A DNA stretch of 64,000 nt from positions 2,016,001-2,080,000 of the forward strand of contig CBDFIJ010000004.1 of assembly GCA_965248055.1 (NCBI GenBank). The letters are read 5' to 3'. The notes below the pieces were generated by a model, which saw nothing but the letters and a program-made list of their open reading frames with translations, did not search any database and had not been told where the DNA came from. The DNA comes from Candidatus Multivoradales bacterium. GTDB lineage: Bacteria; Acidobacteriota; Thermoanaerobaculia; Multivoradales; JAHEKO01. Made by a program: the position numbers and the translations under genes. This document shows, one piece after another, positions 47,034 to 56,885 of this stretch (the first letter of the stretch is position 1; each line of letters starts with the position of its first letter).

Positions 47034-48239
47034 ATGAGCACAACCACCACAGATGTCGTCGTTGTTGGAGGTGGGCTGGTTGGCTGTGCCACCGGACTCG
47101 CTCTTGCGCGTCGTGGGCTCAAAGTCGTGGTGCTAGAGGCGGAAGACGCTCTCGCTCGCCACCAGAGCGGGCGCAACAGCGGGGTGATTCACTCCGGTCT
47201 CTACTACAAGCCGGGGTCGTTTAAGGCCAAGTTCACGGTTGCCGGTCGCGACGCTCTGTACAAATATGTTGAGAAACACGACATACCGCATCAACGGTGC
47301 GGCAAGATTGTGGTGGCGACGCGAGATGATGAAGTGCCGCGTTTGGATGAACTGGAACGCCGGGGACATGCCAATGGTCTGAAAGGGTTACAGCGACTGG
47401 ATGGCCCGGGTATCCGCAAAATCGAGCCCGAGGTGGCCGGAATGGCTGGCCTCTGGGTTCCCGAAACCTGGATCGTTGACTATCAAGAGGTCAACCGGTC
47501 CTACGCTCGAGAGATCCAATCCCTGGGTGGGGAAATCCATCTCGGAAGTCGCTTCACCGGAGTTGAAGAGGGTGCTGACGAAGTTGCGATCACCACTTCT
47601 AATGGCGAGCTGCGCGCTCGACAATTGATCAACTGCGCGGGCTTGCAAGCGGATCGCGTTGCTCGCGTCTGTGGCTACTCACCCGATATCCGCATCGTCC
47701 CTTTTCGCGGCGAATACTTCATGCTCGGCGGTGCTGCAGCTGGAATCGTCGAGCGACCGGTATACCCAGTTCCAGATCCGGTGTTCCCTTTCTTGGAGGT
47801 TCATCTCACCAACAAGGTTGACGGGCGCATCGAAGCTGGCCCCAATGCGGTGTTGGCGCTGAAGCGTGAAGGGTACTCTAAGACCGCATTTCGACTTGCC
47901 GACGCCGCTTCTACCTTGACCTATGCTGGATTTTGGAGACTGGCAGCTAAGCACTGGCGTACCGGAGCGCTGGAGGTCTATCGGTCGATGTCCCAAGGGG
48001 CGTTCGCTCGGTCTTTGGCTCGGTTTGTCCCGGCGATCCGTAAACAAGACCTAGAACCCGGCGGCTGTGGCGTGCGCGCTCAGGCCATGACCCCAGACGG
48101 CAAGTTAGTCGATGACTTTGTCATCGCCAAGCAAGGTCATGTCCTACATGTCTTAAACGCAGTCTCTCCGGGTGCCACCTCTTCGCTAGCGATTGGCGAG
48201 CACGTAGCGACCCTCGCAACCAACTCGGCAAGAGGGTAG
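47034..48239 (+). CDS. lhgO: L-2-hydroxyglutarate oxidase family
   Basis: HQSGRNSGVIHSGLYYKPGS.KA, PFRGEY, YPVPDP, GVRAQA. Confidence 0.9.
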   Translation: MSTTTTDVVVVGGGLVGCATGLALARRGLKVVVLEAEDALARHQSGRNSGVIHSGLYYKPGSFKAKFTVAGRDALYKYVEKHDIPHQRCGKIVVATRDDEVPRLDELERRGHANGLKGLQRLDGPGIRKIEPEVAGMAGLWVPETWIVDYQEVNRSYAREIQSLGGEIHLGSRFTGVEEGADEVAITTSNGELRARQLINCAGLQADRVARVCGYSPDIRIVPFRGEYFMLGGAAAGIVERPVYPVPDPVFPFLEVHLTNKVDGRIEAGPNAVLALKREGYSKTAFRLADAASTLTYAGFWRLAAKHWRTGALEVYRSMSQGAFARSLARFVPAIRKQDLEPGGCGVRAQAMTPDGKLVDDFVIAKQGHVLHVLNAVSPGATSSLAIGEHVATLATNSARG

Positions 48240-48295
48240 AGCAAGAAAACCGAGCGGTTTCCCGCCCCGTTCAAAATCCACTTGGATTCAGCCGA

Positions 48296-51085
48296 TTAAG
48301 GCTGAGCTTCTTCCTCGTCGTCAAACGTTGGAGAAGTATTCGGCAGGCTCCCTTCGAGCAGGTTGCCATCGGGGTCGAGTACCGAGATTTCACCGTAGTT
48401 GAGAGCTTTGATCTCCTCTTCGACCTTGGCCCGATCACCGACCACCACCCAAATCAGCTTGTCGGGATGAATCACTTCTTGGGCCGCAGCGTTGATGTCC
48501 TCTGGGGTCAACGAGCGAATCGCCTCGGCGTAGGTGTCGTGGTAATCGGCTGGCAGATCGAACGCGTTGAGCTCATACAGAGCCCCGAGCACGTCGCCGT
48601 TGGTTTCCCACTGACCGGAAAGGGTCAAGGTTGCGGCGTCTTTAGCGAAGCCGATCTCATCTTCGGTGATTTCAATCTCACCCAAAATACCGTTGAGCTC
48701 CTTCTCGACCTCTGCCATCGAGGGGCCAGTTTTGTCGGTTTGCACCGGTGCATAGGCGATGAACGGACGCTGGCCTTTAGCGTCTGGCATGAAGGAGTAC
48801 GCGCCATAAGCCCAGCCTTTCTCTTCACGCAAATTCATGTTGATGCGGGCGGAGAAATTGCCGCCGAGGACATCATTCATGGTTTGGATCGCTAGGTCAT
48901 TGGTGGCCGAACGGGGTGGCGCGATGTGACCAGCAAAGATGATCGATTGCTCGGAATCGGGCCGATCGATCAGGTAGATGCCTTCGTCTGCGGGAAACTC
49001 CACCGGGGTTAGGTTTTTGGTCGGGATGGTGCCCTCTTTCCAGGAAGCGAAACGCTTGCCGACCAGGGACTCGACTTCTTCCAGCGAAGTATCGCCGACC
49101 ACCAAGAGCGTCGCGTTGTTGGGGCGGAACCAGTTCTCATGAAAGCTTACCAAGTCATCGCGAGTAATTGCCTTGACTGAAGCCTCATCGCCGGATCCAG
49201 TGAAGGGAAGCGAATACGCGTGGCCCTCTCCGTACAACAACTTGGGAAAAACTCTCAGAGCCATTTGAATCGGTGTCGATTTCTCGCTTTGAATCTGGGC
49301 CAATTGTTCTTGGCGCAGGCGGTCGATTTCCCTCTCAGGAAAGGATGGGTTCAAGACGATGTCGGCGAACAAATCGAGGCTGGGAGCTAGGTTGCTCTTG
49401 AGAGCAGAAACTTGCACCCAAGAGTTATCGAGACTGTTTCCGGTGGCCAGTTCGGCACCCAGGCTGTCCAGTTCCTCAGCCAGTTCCAAAGACGTGCGGT
49501 CACCAGACCCTTCATCGAGCAGGTCCAAGGCCAAGGTCGCGGTGCCCGGGTAGGCGTGGACATCGGAGGAGCTGCCGGCGTTGACCATCAAGCGCATTTC
49601 CACCAACGGTGCGTTGCTGCGCTCGATCAGCGCAATCTTGAGCCCGTTAGCTAGTACTGTGGTCTGGGTTTCAGGGAAGCTAGGGTCGGTGGGAGTTCCG
49701 GCGTCGGGTACCTGCGAACGATCCGCACCTTCGCCGGTCGCCGCGTACTCAGGATAGGGATAGATCTCACCCTGCAGGCGGCCCTGAGACAGCCATTTGC
49801 CACCTGAGGAGCGCAAGTCATCGGGGGTAGCGTCGTTCATCCTTTGCAGAGAAGTACGGTAAGCAGCGGGGTCGCCGCCGTAAACTGCATTGGATGCCAA
49901 CAGGTTCGACTTGCCACCAAAGCCACCGATGCCTTCCAGGCTGCGCACGAAACCGGCAAACTGGCTGGTCTTGGCTCGTTCTAGTTCTATCTCGGTAGGT
50001 CCTTCTTCGAGTAGTAGAGCGAGCTCTTTATTGATCGCGTCGACTACCTCAGTGAGGTCACCGCCGGGCTGGGCGGTCGCTGAGATCATGAAATTGCCCG
50101 AGATTTCAAAAGGCCACACCCAAGCGTTGACCTCGGTCGCCGTGCGATCTTGGTAGACCAAGCGTTTGTAGAGGCGTGAATTTTTGCCGGTGCCCAGGAC
50201 ATCCGAAAGCAAATTCAGGTAGTCCATCTCCGCGGTACCCCATTCCGGGACATTCCACTGCATGTAGACCCGCGCTGCGGGGACTCGGTCCTGAAACACT
50301 ACGGTTTGATCGCTGGTGCGCGGTGCAATCCAAGAATCCAGTCGGGCAACCGGAGGGCCAGGGGGAATATCACCGAAGTACTTCTGCATTTTCTCGCGGG
50401 CGGTTTCGACATCGATGTCTCCCGCCAAGACCACCACAGCGTTGGCTGCACCGTAGTAGCCGGCGAACCATTCCTTGACGTCTTCCAAAGCGGCGGCACT
50501 CAGATCTTCCATCGAACCGATGGTGTCCCAGGAGTAGGGGTGGCCTTGCGGATAAGCCAGAGCAGGCATTTGGTTCCACCATTCGGCGTAGGGTTGGTTG
50601 TCACCCTGACGCTTCTCGTTCTGTACTACGCCGCGCTGTTCGTCGAGACGTTCCTGAGAAATCGCGCCCTGGAAATGACCCATGCGGTCGGATTCCATCC
50701 ACAGAGCGGTATCCAAAGCATTGGTCGGTACGTTCTGGAAGTAATTGGTGCGATCCAGCCAAGTTGTTCCATTGAGCTCGGTGGCGCCAATGCGCTCCAA
50801 GATCTGAAAGTAATCTTCGTTGAAGTTCTCGCTACCGTTGAACATCAGGTGCTCGAAAAGATGTGCAAACCCGGTGCGCCCCAGTTTTTCGTTCTTGGAA
50901 CCGACGTGGTACCAGACATTGACTGCCACGATCGGCGCTTTGTGGTCTTCGTGGACAACCACGGTCAGTCCGTTGTCGAGCTTGAACTGCTCGAAAGGAA
51001 CTTCGGGAATCTCGAATTCAGCGGCAGCCAGCGTTCCACTCAACGCGAGCGAAGCTAGAGTGGTCGTAATTAATCGTCTGGTCAC
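48296..51085 (-). CDS. M16 family (pitrilysin-like) zinc peptidase, exported
   Basis: HLFEH (HxxEH), NLREEKGWAYG; signal peptide; GGAG SD. Confidence 0.93.
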   Translation of the reverse strand: MTRRLITTTLASLALSGTLAAAEFEIPEVPFEQFKLDNGLTVVVHEDHKAPIVAVNVWYHVGSKNEKLGRTGFAHLFEHLMFNGSENFNEDYFQILERIGATELNGTTWLDRTNYFQNVPTNALDTALWMESDRMGHFQGAISQERLDEQRGVVQNEKRQGDNQPYAEWWNQMPALAYPQGHPYSWDTIGSMEDLSAAALEDVKEWFAGYYGAANAVVVLAGDIDVETAREKMQKYFGDIPPGPPVARLDSWIAPRTSDQTVVFQDRVPAARVYMQWNVPEWGTAEMDYLNLLSDVLGTGKNSRLYKRLVYQDRTATEVNAWVWPFEISGNFMISATAQPGGDLTEVVDAINKELALLLEEGPTEIELERAKTSQFAGFVRSLEGIGGFGGKSNLLASNAVYGGDPAAYRTSLQRMNDATPDDLRSSGGKWLSQGRLQGEIYPYPEYAATGEGADRSQVPDAGTPTDPSFPETQTTVLANGLKIALIERSNAPLVEMRLMVNAGSSSDVHAYPGTATLALDLLDEGSGDRTSLELAEELDSLGAELATGNSLDNSWVQVSALKSNLAPSLDLFADIVLNPSFPEREIDRLRQEQLAQIQSEKSTPIQMALRVFPKLLYGEGHAYSLPFTGSGDEASVKAITRDDLVSFHENWFRPNNATLLVVGDTSLEEVESLVGKRFASWKEGTIPTKNLTPVEFPADEGIYLIDRPDSEQSIIFAGHIAPPRSATNDLAIQTMNDVLGGNFSARINMNLREEKGWAYGAYSFMPDAKGQRPFIAYAPVQTDKTGPSMAEVEKELNGILGEIEITEDEIGFAKDAATLTLSGQWETNGDVLGALYELNAFDLPADYHDTYAEAIRSLTPEDINAAAQEVIHPDKLIWVVVGDRAKVEEEIKALNYGEISVLDPDGNLLEGSLPNTSPTFDDEEEAQP

Positions 51086-51221
51086 AATCTCCTCCGGAGG
51101 GTTGCCAAAAAGGGTACGGAAGGGTTACAACGATCTGAAACCAATTCCCGATTTATTCTACGCTGTATTGCCTAGAAGGTTCTTGAGCGGCGCTCGAGCT
51201 TGAATCGAGTAGGATCGCGCG

Positions 51222-52697
51222 GTGTTTATTGAAGCCCGAGATCTCGAACGCAACACACAACTACAGACGGAGTTCTGCATCATCGGTGCTGGGGCAGCGG
51301 GAATTACGCTTGCGCTAGAACTGGAAGCCAAAGGACACGACGTCATCGTCTTGGAATCCGGTGGGTTTCAGTACGACGAAGATACCCAGAAGCTGTGCGC
51401 AGGTCGAGCTCACGGGACGTTTCTAGACCCCAAACAGCAATACCTGTCCCGATCTAGGGTGCGTAGATTTGGTGGCAGTACCAACCATTGGAACGGTTGG
51501 TGTGCTCCTTTGGAGCCAGCTGATCTTGAAGGGTCAGATTGGGCCGAACACGGTGGCTGGCCGATCTCACGCACCGATCTCGACCCTTACTACAGTCGGG
51601 CAGCTCCCTATCTGGATATCGAAGCAGGTTTCAACGATGTCCCTGGGTTTCTGTCTGATGATTCGGTCTTTGAGCCCTTCTACTTTTCCCTCAGTGCCCC
51701 GACTCGTTTTGGCCTGAAATACCGAAAGCTGTTGGAGCAGAGAACACGGGTTCGTGTTGTTCTGCACGCCAACCTAACCGAGGTCTTGGCTGACCCAAGC
51801 TCTGGGGCGGTGACCAGTGTTGTTGCATCAACCTTGGAACACCACCGGGTTACCGTGAGGGCCGGGCGGTTTGTGCTGGCCTGCGGAGGTGTGGAGAACG
51901 CTCGCGTCTTGATGGCGTCGGCAGAGAAAGAGGGCGGAGTACGGACCGAGTCGGAGGCGCTGGGTCGATTCTTCATGGACCACCCGATTACTCGAGTAGG
52001 GCACATCGTCCTGGCTCCCAATCGAAAGGCAGGAATGGCCACGTTCAAGGATCGAGACGTGGCCACTGGTGGGCGTCGTGGGCTGTTGCGGCCACTGCTC
52101 TCGGTGCGACGAGAGCGACAGTGGCAAAATGCGTTGGTGGTTTTGGATCAACAGCGACAATGGCACGCGGGGTCTTATGCGAAGTGGATTGCCAAAGCAG
52201 GGATCGCTGGAGCACGCCTGGCGGGAATTCCTGGCAAAGTTGGTGCGGCTCCGTACTTCGCCGCAGTGAAGATAGCGGTGGAGCAGACACCGAACCCTGA
52301 AAGCCGACTGGAGTTACTGCCGGAGCGGGATGCACTTGGCATGCAGCGAGTTCGATTGCGCTGGAAGATATTGGATCGCGACACCCGTGCCATGGAACAG
52401 ATGGTGGACCAATTTCGCAGGCGTATCGGAAGTAGGTTCGAGGGTCGGATGCGCAGTACCTTGGTGGATGGTGCGCCATGGGAAAAAGCAGGAGGATCGA
52501 ACCACCACATGGGGACCACCAGGATGGCCAGTTCTGCTGCTAAGGGAGTTGTTGACTCCAATAGTAGAGTCTTTGGCGCCGATAATCTCTACATAGCCGG
52601 GAGCTCAGTTTTTTCGACTTGCGGAGCGGTGAACCCTACCTTTACGATCGTTGCCCTGGCGATTCGGTTGGCGGACCACCTCGGAGCCCAAGCATGA
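51222..52697 (+). CDS. GMC family FAD oxidoreductase, copy 1
   Basis: [41 protein letters not shown]. Confidence 0.92.
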   Translation: MFIEARDLERNTQLQTEFCIIGAGAAGITLALELEAKGHDVIVLESGGFQYDEDTQKLCAGRAHGTFLDPKQQYLSRSRVRRFGGSTNHWNGWCAPLEPADLEGSDWAEHGGWPISRTDLDPYYSRAAPYLDIEAGFNDVPGFLSDDSVFEPFYFSLSAPTRFGLKYRKLLEQRTRVRVVLHANLTEVLADPSSGAVTSVVASTLEHHRVTVRAGRFVLACGGVENARVLMASAEKEGGVRTESEALGRFFMDHPITRVGHIVLAPNRKAGMATFKDRDVATGGRRGLLRPLLSVRRERQWQNALVVLDQQRQWHAGSYAKWIAKAGIAGARLAGIPGKVGAAPYFAAVKIAVEQTPNPESRLELLPERDALGMQRVRLRWKILDRDTRAMEQMVDQFRRRIGSRFEGRMRSTLVDGAPWEKAGGSNHHMGTTRMASSAAKGVVDSNSRVFGADNLYIAGSSVFSTCGAVNPTFTIVALAIRLADHLGAQA

Positions 52698-53089
52698 CTT
52701 CACTGGATCGTCGAGAATTCGTCATTGGATTGACCGCCGCTGTGGGGGTGTTGTCGTTGGCCAGTTGTGGTCGACGAAATCTTCAAGCTACTAGCTCAGG
52801 ACTGCTGGAATTATTCGGAGACGACGAGGCCTGGAGAGTGCTGGGCGATGACTATTTGTCCAGTTCGGGTACCACCTCAGAACAAGCCTTGGAAGTGCTT
52901 AACATCAGGCTGTCTTGGCGTTCCAAGCAAGGGGTCGACGCCCTGGTTCAACAGGTTGTAACCGCCATCCGGGAAGACTTCGACAGCGGTGCTTTGCAGG
53001 GGCCTGGTGGCTGGAGTTTGTCCGTTACCGAGCTGCAAATCTACGCGGTACTAGGAGCTGCGCAAGCCGAGACGGAAGCAGTTAGTTGA
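52694..53089 (+). CDS. Small Tat-exported lipoprotein, copy 1
   Basis: DRREFV twin-arginine motif, LASC lipobox, REDF..G.....GW.LS.TE; ATGA overlap with GMC stop. Confidence 0.82.
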   Translation: MTSLDRREFVIGLTAAVGVLSLASCGRRNLQATSSGLLELFGDDEAWRVLGDDYLSSSGTTSEQALEVLNIRLSWRSKQGVDALVQQVVTAIREDFDSGALQGPGGWSLSVTELQIYAVLGAAQAETEAVS

Positions 53090-53190
53090 ACCCGAGATAC
53101 AGGTTGGGATACTGGTAAAGTTAGCGGATATTTGGCCGCTGGCTGCTTTCGCAGGAAGGCCACGGCGGTAGCGACCAAGACTCTCCATCG

Positions 53191-53725
53191 CTGGCCTCGA
53201 TAGCAACTGGTTCAAAGGCTGCGAGTTCGGCCCCCAGCCGGACGCAGTACCGACGATTGAGAAGGACTATCGTGATGTCACCGTAGCGGATCTTCGAGGG
53301 TTCGACGCGATCCTCCAGTTGGTCAACCTGTCCAACGATCCGCTCGGCGACCTCAACTCCGATTGACCTATGAGATCAATCACTGAGCGAGCGTGCAACT
53401 GGCTGAAGCTGCCCGCGAAGCCGGGGTACAACAGTTTGTTTTCTCTTCCAGTTGCTCGACCTACGGCGCGGCGGCGGACGACTTTTTGGACGAATCGGCG
53501 GAGTTCCATCCGCGGTGAATCCCTACGGTGAGTCGAAGGTCTGGGTTGAGCGCGACCTCAATGCCCTGGCCACCGATGAGTTCTCGCCGACTTCTTTACG
53601 CAACGCCACAGCCTACGGAGTTTCACCCCGCCTGCAGCTAGATATTGTGCTCAACAATTTGATGGGTTGGGCGGATACCACCGGCAAGGTGGTCTTGCTC
53701 TACGACGGCAGTTCTTGGCGACCGA
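53191..53725 (+). pseudogene. Decayed partial copy of the NAD-dependent epimerase at 55762
   Basis: Aligns to about 55844-56377; 125-bp deletion removes SD, ATG and GxxGxxG; CGA>TGA, 1-bp deletion, 2-bp insertion; 3' truncated. Confidence 0.92.
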
Positions 53726-53746
53726 GTTTTCGAGTAGCATTCTACG

Positions 53747-55225
53747 GTGTTTATCGATGCTCAGAATCTGGATAACGGAACTCGGCTGGAAGCGGAAGTC
53801 TGCATTGTTGGCGCGGGAGCTGCGGGAATTACTCTTGCACTCCAACTGGCGGATGCTGGAAAAGACGTGCTACTGCTAGAGTCAGGAGGATTTCAATACG
53901 AGCAGCCAACGCAGAAGCTCTACGGGGGGAGATCTCACGGTGCGGTTCTAGATAGTAGTGAGAAGTACTTAACACGCTCGAGATTGCGTAGATTCGGTGG
54001 TAGCACGAACCACTGGAATGGGTGGTGCGCGCCCTTGGATTCAGACGATTTTGAAAAGCTAACCTGGAGCGAACACAAAGGCTGGCCAATCTCACGCGAA
54101 GATCTAGACCCGTACTACCGCCGGGCTGCCCCGTACCTTGACATCGTGCCTGGGTATAACGATATCCCAGGTTTTATGGCCGAGGATTCGGCCTTTGAGC
54201 CGTTCTATTTTTCCCTTAGTCGGCCAACGCGATTTGCGATCAAATATCGACAACCTCTGAACCAAAATCCACGGATTAGAGTTGTATTGCACGCCAACGT
54301 TATGAAGCTTGCGGCGAACGAGTCAGGGGCGGTAGATAGCGTCACTGCATCCACCTTGGAAGGGGTTCGGCTTTCGGTAACCGCGCGTCGCTATGTACTT
54401 GCGTGCGGTGGTATCGAAAACACCAGAATCTTGATGGCCGTTCGCGAGGCGGAAGACGGTATTCGAGTCCATTCAGACGCCTTGGGAAGATTTTTTATGG
54501 AACACCCGATTGCTCGTGTCGGGCACTTGGTACTAGCTCATGGCCGGAAAACTCGGATGGCCGATTTCGACAGGTACCTTGCCGCCGACGGCACACGGGT
54601 TCGGCGGGGAGTGTTTCGGCCTCGAGCAGAAATAAGGAAAGAGAAAGCTTGGCAAAATGCGGTGGTTGTACTTGAGCGTGAAGACTCGTGGGATGCCGGC
54701 GAATACGCTGAGGCTGTTGCCGCAGCGGGGATCGCCGGAGCTCGGTTGGGGAAGACCCCAGGCAAGGTTGAAAACGGGTCGTATTTTGCGAAAATCAGCT
54801 TTGCGACAGAACAAACCCCCGACCGAGAGAGTAGGCTTGAGTTATACCCTGCACGCGATGCGATGGGGATGCAGCGAGTACGTCTCCATTGGCGGATCTT
54901 GGATAGAGATGCTGTTGCCATGCGAGAAATGGTGGAGCACTTCCAGCGACGCATCGGTGTGGCCCTCGAAGGACGTATGCACAACTCAGTCGATGACCTC
55001 GCACCATGGGAGCGCGCAAGCGGGTCCAACCACCACATGGGGACGACCAGGATGGCTGAGTCTGCCGCTGACGGAGTTGTTGACTCCAATAGTAGAGTCT
55101 TTGGCGTCGATAACCTGTACATTGCGGGCAGTTCGGTGTTTTCGACTTCGGGAGCTGTCAACCCCACGTTTACCATCGTTGCTCTCGCTGTTCGATTGGC
55201 GGACCACCTAGGAACCCAAGTATGA
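53747..55225 (+). CDS. GMC family FAD oxidoreductase, copy 2
   Basis: Same motifs as copy 1; colinear paralog. Confidence 0.92.
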   Translation: MFIDAQNLDNGTRLEAEVCIVGAGAAGITLALQLADAGKDVLLLESGGFQYEQPTQKLYGGRSHGAVLDSSEKYLTRSRLRRFGGSTNHWNGWCAPLDSDDFEKLTWSEHKGWPISREDLDPYYRRAAPYLDIVPGYNDIPGFMAEDSAFEPFYFSLSRPTRFAIKYRQPLNQNPRIRVVLHANVMKLAANESGAVDSVTASTLEGVRLSVTARRYVLACGGIENTRILMAVREAEDGIRVHSDALGRFFMEHPIARVGHLVLAHGRKTRMADFDRYLAADGTRVRRGVFRPRAEIRKEKAWQNAVVVLEREDSWDAGEYAEAVAAAGIAGARLGKTPGKVENGSYFAKISFATEQTPDRESRLELYPARDAMGMQRVRLHWRILDRDAVAMREMVEHFQRRIGVALEGRMHNSVDDLAPWERASGSNHHMGTTRMAESAADGVVDSNSRVFGVDNLYIAGSSVFSTSGAVNPTFTIVALAVRLADHLGTQV

Positions 55226-55617
55226 TCTCGTTAGATCGCCGAGAGTTTGTTGTTGGGTTGACCGCCGCGGTTGGCGCATTGTCGTTGGGCGGTTGCGCTC
55301 GCCCAGATTTGGCTGGCACACGCTCTGGATTGGGCGAGCTATTCGGCGACAAGGAAGCCTGGGTGGTATTAGGAGAAGACTATTTGGCAAGTTCGGGGTT
55401 CACCTCGGAACATGCGTTGGAGGCGCTCGCTTCCAGGCTACGTTGGAGTTCCAAGCAAGGGGTCGACGCTCTTGGACAGCAAATCGTTGCAGCACTGCGA
55501 GAAGATTTCGCCGATGGGGTCATGATGGGGCCGAGTGGTTGGGGTTTGTCCGAGACCGAGTTGCAAATCTACGCGGTGCTAGGAGCTGCGCAAGCCGAGA
55601 CGGAAGCAGTTAGTTGA
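55222..55617 (+). CDS. Small Tat-exported lipoprotein, copy 2
   Basis: DRREFV, LGGC lipobox, same C-terminal motif; ATGA overlap. Confidence 0.82.
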   Translation: MISLDRREFVVGLTAAVGALSLGGCARPDLAGTRSGLGELFGDKEAWVVLGEDYLASSGFTSEHALEALASRLRWSSKQGVDALGQQIVAALREDFADGVMMGPSGWGLSETELQIYAVLGAAQAETEAVS

Positions 55618-55761
55618 ACCCGAGATACTGGTCGGGATACTGGTAAAGTTAGCGGGTACTTTGGTCGCTGGCGCTTTCGCAAGAAGGCCACGGCTGTAGC
55701 AACCAAGACTCTCCATCGAGCAGTTTCTCCAACCACCCAGAAGAATCACAAGGAAGGACTC

Positions 55762-56784
55762 ATGCGCGTACTCGTGACCGGCCACAATGGCTATATCGGC
55801 ACCGTCTTGACCCCGATGCTAAGCGACCAGGGATTTGATGTCTCTGGCCTCGATAGCAACTGGTTCAAAGGCTGCGAATTCGGCCCCCAGCCGGACGCAG
55901 TACCGACGATTGAGAAGGACTATCGTGATGTCACCGCAGCGGATCTTCGAGGGTTCGACGCGATCCTCCACTTGGCCAACCTGTCCAACGATCCACTCGG
56001 CGACCTCAACTCCGATTTGACCTATGAGATCAATCACCGAGCGAGCGTGCAACTGGCTGAAGCTGCCCGGGAAGCCGGGGTACAGCGGTTCGTTTTCTCT
56101 TCCAGTTGCTCAACCTACGGGGCTGCGGGGAATGATTTCTTGGACGAATCGGCGGAGTTCCATCCGGTGACTCCCTACGGCGAGTCGAAGGTCTGGGTCG
56201 AGCGCGATCTCAACGCCTTGGCCACCGATGAGTTCTCCCCGACTTCGTTGCGCAATGCCACCGCCTACGGGGCTTCGCCCCGTCTTCGGTTGGATATTGT
56301 GCTCAACAATTTGATGGGTTGGGCGGTCACCACCGGCAAGGTGGTCTTGCTCTCCGACGGCAGTCCTTGGCGACCGATGGTGCACGTGGAAGATATTTGC
56401 CGCGCCTTTATTGCCGCATTGCAGGCGCCCCGTGAAACCGTGCATACCCAGGCCTACAACGTCGGTCAAACCGAGCACAACTACCGGATTCGCGAGCTGG
56501 CCGAGGTGGTCGGAGAAGTCAGTGGCTGCGAGGTCTCGATTGCCGATGGCGCCAGCCCAGACAAGAGAACCTATCGGGTCGACTGCTCTAAGATTCAACG
56601 TGATCTGGACTTTCAACCCCAATGGGATGCTCGTAGCGGGGCGCAGCAACTGTTCGAGGCCTACAACCAGTACAACATGAATCAGGCAGCGTTTGACGGT
56701 CCGCTCTACGTGCGCCTGCGTCGCTTGGAAGAGTTGATCGCCGATGGCCAGATCGCCTCGGATCTGCGTTGGATCACAGCATAA
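55762..56784 (+). CDS. NAD-dependent nucleotide-sugar epimerase/dehydratase (extended SDR)
   Basis: VTGHNGYIG, SSCS.YG, YGESK, RLRLD.VLNN, DG.PWRP. Confidence 0.92.
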   Translation: MRVLVTGHNGYIGTVLTPMLSDQGFDVSGLDSNWFKGCEFGPQPDAVPTIEKDYRDVTAADLRGFDAILHLANLSNDPLGDLNSDLTYEINHRASVQLAEAAREAGVQRFVFSSSCSTYGAAGNDFLDESAEFHPVTPYGESKVWVERDLNALATDEFSPTSLRNATAYGASPRLRLDIVLNNLMGWAVTTGKVVLLSDGSPWRPMVHVEDICRAFIAALQAPRETVHTQAYNVGQTEHNYRIRELAEVVGEVSGCEVSIADGASPDKRTYRVDCSKIQRDLDFQPQWDARSGAQQLFEAYNQYNMNQAAFDGPLYVRLRRLEELIADGQIASDLRWITA

Positions 56785-56787
56785 GAG

Positions 56788-56885
56788 GGGGACACAAACC
56801 CCGCTCAGCGTGGCGATTTGCCCAATAACCAAAGACTAGCTCTCATTGCGATTCGGCGAGAAACGGGGAAGGGTATTGTGTCCCC
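56788..56885. repeat. About 100-bp element with GGGGACACAA terminal inverted repeats between convergent genes
   Basis: GGGGACACAA-ACCC at 56788 versus GGGTATTGTGTCCCC ending 56885. Confidence 0.7.
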
